NCBI GenBank assembly: GCA_000934665.2
Contig: KZ538525.1
Coordinates: 49,107-69,106 of the forward strand
DNA length: 20,000 bases
Origin: Catajapyx aquilonaris
Lineage: Eukaryota
Direction: 5' to 3'
A program made the position numbers and the translations under genes. The notes below the pieces were generated by a model, which was not told where the DNA came from, did not search any database, and saw only the letters and a program-made list of their open reading frames with translations. Below, piece after piece: positions 1 to 11,600 of this stretch. Each line of letters opens with the position of its first letter. Position 1 is the stretch's first letter.

Positions 1-690
1 GTCGCGCTTAGATGAAAAAAAATTATATATACATAAAACGCATTGCGAATCCACAGAACATGTTAGTTACAACACTGCCCACATTCATTTTATTTTTTGA
101 GATTTTCTGTTGGCATGCCGTAAGTGGCACCGCATGACCGTTTTTTGGAGAGAGAGAAAATATATTGAAAGTTTTTCAGTAGAAATAGGTATTGTCTCCC
201 TTAACACAAGCTTGTCATGCAACACAACACCGTGACTTTCGATAATTCGTAAAAAGAAAAATTATTGTGCGAGTTCAAATTGCAATTATTTTTTTTTGGA
301 AAAAAATGCGCGGTAATTCATTGGGAGGGATGATTTTCAGTTGTTGTCAAATTCACATTGCGGTATATTTATTAGATACATAACAGTTTAGGCAACATAG
401 CTAGACGATGGCTAACAAAATAATTAATGGGCTTCACCAAGTTTTACAAACAAAAAAAAAGTTTTATCTGTGAGATCCCCAATGCAGCAGGTGAAAATGT
501 AAGTATAGGAAAGCATTGAAATTAACATTAACAGTGCTAATATGTCGCAATTGGTGCTTACAATCCGTCTCTATTTATTTAAAAAAAATACAAAAAATAA
601 AAAAGAACCAATCGCAGGTTCAGGATATGAGCGATTGATTGGTCATAAACTGTAATGATTCCCGTCTTCTTCTTTTTCTTTGTTTTCCAG

Positions 691-2541
691 CACGCAAACA
701 GGAGATTATAAAAATAACAGAACAACTCATTGATGCCATCAACACCGGCGATTTCGAAGCTTACACGTGAGTACAGGCCCCTTTCCAGTGATTAATAGTT
801 GAGTCGAGAACATGATGCAGTCTCATCCAGTGTTGCCATTAATTCAACATTCAGTAATTATTACATCAAAACGGCAACACCTCTTGAACCATCTGATGTT
901 TTAGACTAAACTATAGCTTAGAAAGCTTGGTTAACAAAAGTGAGTTAATATCAAGAATCAAGCGATATGTTTTTGTTACTTCTCACTGCAGGAAAATATG
1001 TGACCCTCACATGACTGCCTTTGAACCTGAGGCCCTAGGTAATTTAGTGGAAGGGATGGATTTCCACAAGTTTTACTTTGATCATGGTAACTATGTCTTC
1101 AGCACTTTTTATTTCTTTCTCCTTGTTTTTCTTTTTCCGATTTTTTTTGGATATATAACTTTATCCCTTTCCCCCCTTTTTTTAAAAAAACTATCTAAAT
1201 ATTGTACCGCTTTGTTCGTATGTCATGTTGCATGTTGATGACTTTTTTAAAACGTGTGTAAACTTCCCTCCTTTTTAAATGTCTAATTATGTTTTTTCCC
1301 AGTTTGTTGGTTTTTTTTCTATGCTCATACGTTCGTGTGTTTTTTTAAAGAATGCAATAAAAATAACTAGCGTTCTTGGTGGATGTTCAAATATTACTTA
1401 CGGTATGTGTTCATGATGAGAAACATGGTAAATGTGCTAATATTTGACCTTCCTCCTAGAGTTCAATAATTTTTTGACTGTTTCTTGTGTCCTTTTTGCT
1501 GCACATGTGTTATGGTATGCATGATTTTTTTTTTAAACATATCCAATTTTTCTGCACTTTGTTCAGGATTGTATTGCACTTTGTTTGTCTCTTTCTGGAC
1601 ATAACGCTTCTTTTTGTCTCCACAAAATCTGTGTGTACACAGCATGTACAGGGTGTTTCTTAAATATGTGGTCCTATAATATGAGTAAAATGTATAAGTG
1701 ACACAGTAGGAATTTTCCAAAAATTTATCTATTTATTTCCTGCTGTGTCATACACATTTTGGTATGTCCCAACCATTGTTGTCAGCTTTCTTCTTTAATG
1801 TTGTTTAGCTGTGATTTTATTCTCTCTCTCTCTCTTTTTCTCAAAACTTCCTCTGTCTCTCTCTTTCTCTGCTTTCGTAACACTTGGTAGAGGTTCCGAT
1901 GTCTGAACTCTTTTTGTTTCTCTTCGGTTTGTCTATCTTTCAGTGTTAGGGAAGAATTGTAAGGCAATCAATACCACCATACTGAATCCTCACGTCCACC
2001 TGATGGGCGACGATGCCGCTTGCATTGCCTACGTGCGACTTACACAGTATGTGGATAAGTAAGTAGTTGTGCCTGCCCTTCTCTGTCAGAGGATCTGTGT
2101 ATACATTTATTATTGCACGTGTGAATATGAACCACAAACAAGTAGTAGGCAGCTCTTCCTCAAAGAGTCGCCAATTGTTGCAAAGTTGGGAATGCACTGC
2201 ATGTTTGCTTACATAGTGTGTAGGTAGCCATAGACTAAAATATGTACTAAAATGTACCGAAATTGGCGGCCATGACACTTTAGGTCAAATTTGAAATTGG
2301 CGCGCCTTTCCCCCAAACTGTCATGGCCGCCTGTTTATGGCTGATTTGTCTACTTGTTGTTTAATTGTTGTTCACTTGATTGTCTAATTGGTTTTTCCCC
2401 CGGTTTTTCAGGCAAGGACAAGCGCACACACAGCAGACGGAAGAGACTCGGGTGTGGCACAAGAGGGATGGCAAGTGGCAAAGTGTGCACTTTCACCGCT
2501 CAGGTTGCCCTTCTTTCCCTTTCTCCTTTACCCACAAGTAA
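691..2541 (+). CDS. CaMKII: Calcium/calmodulin-dependent protein kinase II, 3' coding exons (association/hub domain); 5' part lies upstream of the window
   Basis: Four AG/GT-bounded exons 691-766, 992-1086, 1944-2058, 2412-2541 splice in frame to [137 protein letters not shown], the recognisable CaMKII hub-domain sequence. Confidence 0.97.
2265..2331. repeat. 13-bp perfect inverted repeat in the last CaMKII intron
   Basis: GGCGGCCATGACA (2265-2277) and TGTCATGGCCGCC (2319-2331) around a 41-nt spacer. Confidence 0.9.
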
Positions 2542-5500
2542 CATCAACCCGCCCAAGTACAGCCCCTACGATTTATTTAAAACTATTTCCCTTCCCCCTC
2601 CTACTACCCCGTTCCTTAAAAATAGATGAGAGAAAGAAAGAAAGAAAAAAAAGCAGCTAACTTAACCCCCCTCTCGAAACACGCCCCCTTGTATTGTATT
2701 CTGCACAGCCAACATTGCCATAAGTTTTTTGCATACGGTTCAAAAGGGGGGGGCCCCTGATGTTGCTGGTTTATAATTTTTAAATGGTTGGTTAAATATG
2801 TTTCTTTTAATTATTATTTATTTATATATATATAAAGGCAACGTTGGTCATGTTGCCATATTGCCCTTGGCCCCCTGTTGTCCTGACAGTTGGGAAGTGG
2901 GTGCCTTGTAGCCCAAAGCATGGATTTTCAAATGAGAGAAAAAAAATATGATGTGTATGTATATCCTACCCCCCCTCTCCCTGATGATTCACCAAAAATC
3001 GCCATGCAGTCACCGTGTTATATAGCCATTATTAATATTAGCTGGAAATGGAAAAAAAAAGATGAAAAGAAAAAAACAGTTTTTTTAGGTGTTCTCTTTC
3101 TGCAAATGGGCAGTAACATACATGATTTTAAAGGATATTCCTGATAAATGCCTCAGTGTGGGCGGCCTTTGATTATTCCTCTAATTTTTTTTAGTGGGTG
3201 GCTTTTCTGGGGTTTAAAAAAATATAAAAAATAAAAATCAGTATTTCCACGCGGCATGTGGCTTTGTTGGAAGAGCTGACATATAAACTTATCTGTTGAT
3301 ATTAAACAGTGGGGAATGAAAGAAGGAGACGATGGCAAAAATGGGTGATTCTTTTTTTAAAAGAATAATGAGAGAGGAAATGTTTTTTTGGTGAAATTCA
3401 CCAAAAAAAAAGTGGATATTTATTAATTTATCAAGACCGTTGTTTTTGTTCCCCCCCTCCCAACGATGGATTTGGCATATTTGTCCAGTAGTTTCTCGAT
3501 GTGTGTACAAAATATATATATGCTAGGCAGCATAGGGCTGGCTGTTCCGGTTTAAAAAAAAACAAACAAAGTATATATAGTTATGAGATTTGAAAAAAAA
3601 ACTAACCTTAGTAGAAGAAGCAAAAAGACACAAAAAATTGTGGCTGAATGTTTCGTCNCCCCCCCCCCCCCCTCCAATTTTTTCCTTCAAATCCTCCCTG
3701 ACCCCCCCTCCCAGTTTCTAAATTTTTACTCATGTACAGTTGCTGCATTAAAATAACGTCCTTCTACTCTACGATTTTGTAGAAACTTGGAGCAAAACAA
3801 GAGAGCTAACTCAAACCCTTGTTTTTTATATTATATATTATATAAATATAAAAGAAAGACAAAGGGTTTTTTCTTCTTTTTTTTTGCAACAGCCAGCCCT
3901 TTCTAACGCTGGAAGTTCACTGTTGCTGAACCGTGAACTGACAGAAAAACTTTTGTTGGGACTATTACACATTTAAAGGGAAAAATAATAATAACTGCGT
4001 ACCGTATGAAAAAAACTATTGTAATCAATATTAACCAGGCCTTTAGCATAATGGTCATTTCTTAAATAAATAAACCTTTGGCAACAAGTGACGTCAGATT
4101 GTGAATATCATTAGAGCAAACTTGCTGAAGGTCTGGTTTCAAAGTATCCAATTATTGCGCATGCAAAGTCTCATTGTTGCCTGTGGAAGAGGCGAAAAAA
4201 AAAAAGTTCAATGTTCTGGTACAATATTGTTCCTCGGTTTTTTCGGGAGTTTTCAGACCCCTCCCTCCCCAAGCATGAAACAAACAATTTTTAAAAAATC
4301 AACCAAACATAAAAAACTTATTACATAACTAAATTTGCTCCGGTTTTTCGTCATTATGCTCTTGTTGTTATTGTCTCAGCTTTGTACAAATAATAAATAT
4401 TAATAATAATAAAAACGGTAGGGTCTGGTTACATATGCACGAGGATTGACATTATCATTGATGTTCTGGATTATATATATATTGAAAGATTAAAAAGAAA
4501 GAAAAGAAATACTTGGAACAAACAAAACAGTTGTTGACATATACATTGCTTTGTGAAGGTTCTTTTATCTCCAAGAGCCCGTTAGTGTTTATAACAAAAA
4601 AAAGCTATTTTATATTCATATAGAATTACTTACTTTGTAACCGCAATTTAAAAGAAAAGTAGGTTACTTATTAACAATTGGGGAAATGGGTATAAAAAAA
4701 GAACAGGCAGCAGTGTTATCTCAAGGACTTGGGGGCTTTTAAGGTTACGATTTTTCAGACTGATCTTTTTCTCGCTAATTATTGAAGAAAAAAAACATAC
4801 TTATTATTATTATTATTAAACTTATTATTATTTGTTCTTGTTGGTACTATCGTAACCAGCGATCTGGAGTCATTAGCGTGGAAAAAATATTTGGCAACAA
4901 TAGTTTTTTGTTGCCAGTTTTCCACACTAGAGATCCCAGCCCGTTGATTGTGGCTAAATATTTAAGTATTATTATTATTTTTAAATAGATGAGTTGTTTA
5001 ACAACGAAATTTTAGCAAAACCACCTTATGGTATGGCCACTTAATTGTTGGAGAAAAAAAAAGGTGAACGTGTTTTTTCCGCCATGGTTATTTTGCACAA
5101 AAAAAAATAACATCAGCTTTTATGCCAATGTTAAACTACCAGGTGCTAGTGCAAGTTACATTATTACATTCTCAAACTGTACATAATTACGTATCACATG
5201 CCATTTTACGCAATTTTTAATTTTTTTTTCCCCCCTCGACTTTTTTTTTTTTTAGTGATTCTCGACGGAACATCACTGTCGATATTTTAGTGTCCAATCC
5301 TATGTCCATAAATTGTGTGTGGTTTTTTTTGGTTTGTTTAAATGTGTGTATGTGTGGGAATGTGTGAGAACGAAAGAGAGCAAATTTTCACATCAGAAAG
5401 TATTGGTTTGAGCCAGTTATATTATTAACCAAACAGTGGGAGTGTACTATTTTCTAACAATGAACGATCTTTTTTGTAACACCCTGCATTTACAAAAAAA

Positions 5501-7990
5501 AGAGAGAGAGAGAGAATATTAAGCAGTTCCACTTCACCTTGTACTGTACCCATTCCCGGTTGATGCTAAGGGCATGATGGCTCTTTTTTTGTCTTCTTAA
5601 AAAGAAAGTAAAGATAATTTAAATAATAATGAGGTGAGGTAGAGAAGCCTTTTGTGGCTTCGTTTTAGCAAGTCCGATCTTAACAATATACTTAAAATCC
5701 CAATTACCTTTCGAAAACTATACACACACATAACAAAAAAATGTACTTAAGTCATGAACTGAGAACAATTTAATCAAATCACGTGTATGATACATTCGAT
5801 TAGTAATCGTAAATAAGAAGCTACATGCACCCAACTGTTATACTGAGTGAATGAATGTACCCACCACTGGTAGTGAAGAAGAAGAAGAAAAAAAAAATTA
5901 AGCAGAATATTTTATTTATTTAGTTAAATTTTTTTCTGTTTCCTATCACTAATTTTGACACAGCCCCGTTTTATAGCCCACCTTTTTCTACTTATACCTT
6001 GCTACTGAGGCTTTGTACACAGACGATTAAAATAATTAAAACAGAAATATAATGATAAATCTAGAAAAAAGGCGCACCTCGCCAGTAGTGGTATAAATGG
6101 TCAACTAAAAAATAAAATAAAATAAGGGCGGTTTTTTTGGTCCTAAGTGTTATCCAACTGTTGTGCCATAATTAATTATGATGTGCTTTACGAAATGCAG
6201 GGGGCTGAGCATGTAATTGCTCACGAAGAGATACACCATACACAAAAAAGGAGACGAAAAAAATAATACCATTTAGCGCCAATGTCACACACACACATAC
6301 CCTTTTTTTCTCTTTTTTGGTACACATGCTCTGTTGGTGTTGGAAACCGATTGTTGTACCCAAAAATGTGAAAAGGGAAGAAAAAAAAACGATGAGCATA
6401 TCCATAGTGGGCCCAAAAAGAAACAAAATATTAACCCCCTTGGAAGTGAGTGCTTGGAATTTAAAAAAAAGGGGGTTGTTCAAGTGTGACGTAACGCTTA
6501 TCATTCAGATTTCAAATAATGTGAAGTAATCGCCATTTTTTTCCAACTGGTTTTTTTTTGTGTGTGTGCAGGCTTTTAATACGCACATGTGTTACTATAT
6601 CTGCGATAAAGGTCACGGTGTAAAATGGCGTGTAATCGTTTTTAAGGGATTTAAAAAATAAATACAAAGTGTGTGATGTGCAAGCATAACTTATGGCTGT
6701 GCTGTTATGAAGCGATACGTAATACTTGAGCAGTCTGCAAAAGATTTTGAAAAAAAAAGAGAGAGCTCGAGTCGTACGTTTGCAGTTTTTTGAATATTTG
6801 TAATGTAGCCTGATATTTTGCGCCAGCAGTTTTAATGATATTTTTTATTACAACTGGTAAAAAAAAAGTATGAAAATGGGGATACTTTGTGCCCTGTGTG
6901 GGGGTTACTGTGACACTAGGGACTATCACAGAGCCATCTAGTTAGTAAGAGATACTTGCCATTTGCTAGCTAGATGGAACTGGATGAATCCTTCAGAACC
7001 CCCTTCCAGATCTGAAGCATCCCCAAATTGTTTTGCCCTCTATTCTGAAGCTTCCATATTATAAACCACCCCCCCAAAAAAACTGTCTCCCATTTTCTTG
7101 GTTCTTTATATATTTAACAGAAAAACGAAGTCACTTATTCCTCTATCCAACTGTAATATTTATTTTTTTTTGATGGGGGAGGGAGGGGTGGGGGAAAAGG
7201 GGGGTGAATTCAGACGCATGGCACTTTTTTTGAAGAAAAAAACAAATATATATTATCCACTTTAAATAAATAAAAAAGTGAGAGTTGATCCCTCACTGGA
7301 CATCAACATTTAAAGAAAACAAACTTCAGTGATAATTCTAGTCATTTCTGTAACCATTGCGTTCCCGCGTTTCATAATTGGACATTTGCAATATTGTTAT
7401 TATTAATTATTATTTTTTTGAGACCGACTTTATCATTCGTGTTCTCAGTGGCTCGTGTTCTGAGCTTTTAAGGGTACATTTTAATTATTATTATTTTTAA
7501 CTTAAAAGGATGGGTAAATCTCATGCCTTAGAAAGCTCAGTTGTGTGAGACTTTGACAAAAAAAATTACATTACAGTCAAAAAAAAAAAAAGCAGGTGTG
7601 TATGTGTGTGCGCTCGCGATGGTGCGCATGCGTGAATGTTTTTATCAATATTACAATGTGCAAGTTTTCTTAGCCCTTTTTATGTTTCGATTTTTTATTG
7701 TATGTATATGAGGACGTTAATTATTTTTTTTTTCTCTCCTCTCTTTGAACTATGTATCTTATACTCTTAATACTACGTTAATAAGTTGATGGCTACCAAA
7801 AAAGAAAATCGTGATGATGGATTTATCTTACTGGAAACGTGGACTTATTCGGGACGAATGGACGATTTTATGAGAGAGAAAATGAGTTTAAAAAAAATAC
7901 AACCTCAAACGGACCTAGGGGATGAAAAAAAAATTCATTTAAGGAAAATAAAAATAAAAATAAAAATAAACAAGTATACCGCTAGACGCA
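2542..7990 (+). other. Probable long CaMKII 3' UTR with several candidate polyadenylation signals
   Basis: No credible coding exon between the CaMKII stop and the MTP promoter. AT/homopolymer-rich, with AATAAA clusters near 4066, 4393-4413, 6110-6122, 6657, 7265 and 7947-7970. The 3' end is inferred, not observed. Confidence 0.55.
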
Positions 7991-8457
7991 TCTTATCCAG
8001 TGTATTGTCTGAACACTAGAATTTCTCTGGCAGATACCTACAAAATGTCACTGATGTAAATCAATTTAGTGTATCTGAATTCATGTCACTTGCATCATGA
8101 ACTGTTTCCAGTTTACCACTTGCTGTGTATTTGTGTGTTTGAGCTGACAATATACTCCTGTTCTTCAAGTGTCTTTGTTATTCCTGAGTTGACATTTCAT
8201 TGATATTGTTTGTGGCGTGCTGACAGTAACAATTAGTGACATTATTCACTGATATAGCAAATGCAGAGTGTACATCCTCAAAATAATTATGACAATTTTA
8301 GTAACATCACCGTTGAATCACGTCTCTTGACGTGGCATCATCTGATTACGAAACTGCAATCTGACCTATCCGTATCAGCTTGAGAGAAAAAAAAGGGCAG
8401 CCCTCTGGAGAAAATAGGAACTTTTCGACTAGAGAGATCTAGGATCAAGGGTCTGCA

Positions 8458-8570
8458 CTATCTCAGCACTTTATCTATAGGGAGCTCCCTGAAGGCCAAA
8501 GTCCTGAGGACACTACACACACACACACATACTGGAGAAATTTATAAAAGAGTTGGCGTGTGCGATTAGT
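8458..8570 (+). promoter_or_regulatory. Upstream (distal) MTP promoter: GATA sites, HNF4-type DR1, TATA box, Inr-like motif
   Basis: CTATCT 8458-8463 and TTATCT 8471-8476 (GATA, minus strand); AGGCCA-A-AGTCCT 8493-8505 (DR1 with the CAAAGTCC core); TATAAAAG 8543-8550; TTAGT 8566-8570; ATG at 8644. Confidence 0.6.
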
Positions 8571-8643
8571 ACTGGCCTGTGGGGGGTCAACTCCTGGTCA
8601 CTTGAGTCGTTTGCTTCGTTCAGGATTCTTTGTGGTAACAGTC

Positions 8644-8689
8644 ATGGATTGGAAGTGGACAGTGTCATTCCTCTTCTTCGCTGTATTTG
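8644..8689 (+). CDS. MTTP: MTP upstream first coding exon (signal peptide part MDWKWTVSFLFFAVF)
   Basis: gtcATG, hydrophobic codons, phase-1 donor G|GTAAGC at 8690; phase matches the acceptors at 9604 and 11349. Confidence 0.75.
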
Positions 8690-11600
8690 GTAAGCTTTTT
8701 TTTTTTTGGAAGATGTTTTTTTGGTGAAAGCGTGTGTTAGGTTGAATGAAACGTTTTGCATGTTCAGAAAATGTGATAACTTTAAAACGTGCCAGATTTT
8801 TGCAATGGATGTGTTTTCGCGTCCAGAAATAGTCTGGAAAGCATTTAACGTTGCACAGTTGCGTCAGCCTGATAATACTCCAAAGGTCGTGGAAAAAAAA
8901 GCTTATTACCCAATTTACTCAGTGTCAGAAATATTAATTTAAAGACGACAAAATTAATGTGCTCCTTCAGAAGCAAAAAAAAAACAGATCAAACTCCAAA
9001 GGTTGTGTATAAAAGCTTATTAGCCAGTTGCCTCAGTGTCAGAAATATTAATTGAAAGGCGACAAAATTAATGTGCTCCTTCAGAAGCAAATAATGATTA
9101 CAAGAAGGCAATGAACTGCAATGTGTCAACGTACCTGTTGTTTGATTAGTAAGAGGTCATGTCCTGTTTATCAGTGGGCACGTAATGACCGTAATAGTTG
9201 TTAAACGATTACAAAAATCAAAGAGTGTTCGATTTAACAATGTTAGACATGGTAATACACTATGTATAACTAATTAAAAATTGAGATATCTATCATTATG
9301 GGTTGAAAATTTTAAAGTTAATATCACGACTGCAACAAATCAAAATTTTGACCCAATTTTTTCGCCATGATAGATTGTGTGACTTGAAATTATTTCAAGG
9401 CTTGTTACATTTTTCTGCATGCTCCACAAACATTAGCTGCAAAAAAAAATAATCAGTTATTTCACACACGTGCCGTGAAAAATCCGCCCTCAAATTAAAC
9501 ACAACATCTCCGAACTAAATGCCAAGGAAACATGTCCATTTAATTAGTGACGCCAGCTAGTAAATTCCACTTCATTTTCTTTCCCCCCTTCGACTCGTCT
9601 TAGGTTCACTTTGCCATCAAGCTCCAGGTGAGTTTATAACAATTAAATTATTGCAATAATAATAAAAATGCATGCGCATGGACTTCACATAAAACATTTA
9701 TAAGTACTTGCCATTAAAGATGAATTAGTAGCAGATAGGTACAGGGTGAATCAAAACAATTTTTGCTAGATATTTTGTCTGGATTCTCTTGCGGAATATT
9801 TTGTCGAAGTGAAACTAATTTTGCAATCATTTTTTTAAATGTACTGTTCGAGACATTATAGAGAGTGACCGAAGAATGTGGCAACCGAGCCATCAATTAC
9901 CACACACAGTACGAGATAGTACCGTATGAGGAACTCTGCTCAAGACCAAAGAGCTATTTTTATCCTCGCCAGCAAATTGCCTCAATACCATATAGGAAAA
10001 ACGATAGCACTTTGTTACATGACCTTCGTTAGTCGAGGGAATGAAATATTGATTCACTAATGATATACATTGTGAAGAGTATCCAGAGTTCAATGTTGCG
10101 TAGCTTCTTTTTTTTTTTTTTGCATGTAAACAACTTAACGGGAGATGGTGTGTTGAGCACGTTACGACTTCATGTTTTAAAAAGATTTGCATCAGCCATC
10201 AGCAGCATCGGTAGCACTTTCGAACACGTATGAGGCAATAGCACATATCCTGCAAGACCAGTTACAAAACGAAAGCAAAGTCTTGAAGGAAAAAATAAAT
10301 AAATAAATTCAGATCTCAATTGGCGATTTTTTTTCTCACCAAGCTGCTTATCATTATGCATTTTAAAATCAAAATATTATAGCTACTAATATTATGTTGC
10401 TTTTCAACTGCTCATGTTTTAGGCGGAAAAAAATCTGAATAAATTCAGAGCCCCAATTTTTTTGCCAATATGCTTTTAGCTGCAAATAGATTAGTTTATC
10501 TGTTTCACAACTTCTGAAAACATTATCAAAAAAAATCGTTCCCATCAGCAAAATTGTGAACAGCTCGTATGATTTTGAGACATATTTTTGGCACAAATTT
10601 TTTTGCGGATTTTTAGTCACACTGTGGTCACCTGCGCTATTATGTGGGCAAAGGATGTGGGACAAATTGCGATCCGTCACGCCCTACTCGCATGAAAAGA
10701 ACCGAAACATACTTGGGGGGGGGGGGGGGGGGGGGGGGGGTGGAATACCACCATTNCCCCTTGCACAGCTCAAGCTAACGGGGTTTGTGTTTTGGAAAAA
10801 AGAGTCTCGAGGTATGGGATAACGGTACGAGAGACTCTGAGTGTAGAAGAAGCGGACGGTAATAGCAATGGTCCAATGCCCTGGACTCCAGTGTGAGTGT
10901 ATGCGCCTGAACTAGGAGGAAGGTGATTGCTTCTTGGAATTAACTGTGAAGGCCAGTTGGTCACTTGCTGTAGGTCAGGATTTTGTGCTTCTGTTTGTCC
11001 GGACAGTGTTGCCTAAGTGGTTACGACTTCCGCTGCAATATTTGGGATTCCCCCTCACAAATTCCAGAGACCAGTAAGGAATTTTCCATTTGAGAAGACG
11101 AGTGACCTTCCTTCATGTTTGCTAGGTAATCGACCTTCCTCCTGACCTTGACAAGCAGGTAAAAGTTAGGGGGGGAACCCTCAGCACAAGAGATTACATT
11201 TCCCTAGCCCTGCCCCTCATGCAGACAGTCAGTGTGTGAGGAGCTGGTGTGTGTCAGTGTGTGGTGAGAAACCGCAGCATGTGGACAGTGCTTTTGGTGA
11301 CACTGCTGGTGGTGCGGTGTGACTCTTTTGTGCTTTTGTCACACGCAGCCAGCACCAGGACCTATGAGTTGGGTACTTCCTATTCGTACGAGTATGTGAC
11401 TGAAGTTCTGCTCAACGAGGTGACAGGACAACAACCGGCGTCTACTGTCGGATACCAGGTGTCGGCGGATGTACAGGTCACACCGGTATGGCAGAACGAA
11501 GCCGAAAAACTTATGCAAATCAAGGTACGTTCCGTATGACTTCCAAGTTTTATCTGGTGTCGAACTTTGGTCCCGGAGACGAAGGTCCGTTCGCACGTAG

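Noticed and set aside
475..504. Consensus donor GTAAGT at 499 suggesting another CaMKII linker microexon
   Set aside because: Candidate exons are 8 or 11 nt (frameshift) or 24 nt with an in-frame TGA.
3657..3672. Poly-C tract with an N (and poly-G at 10715-10740) as functional elements
   Set aside because: Simple homopolymers beside ambiguous bases; their length is unreliable.
2890..8019. Short ORFs (60-110 aa) on both strands downstream of the CaMKII stop
   Set aside because: Low-complexity K/F/I-rich translations of A/T homopolymers, with no splice-consistent structure or recognisable domain.
9862..10060. ~65-codon stop-free stretch in an MTP intron (RVTEECGNRAINYHTQYEIVP...)
   Set aside because: No start near its 5' end, no good acceptor or donor, and no recognisable similarity.
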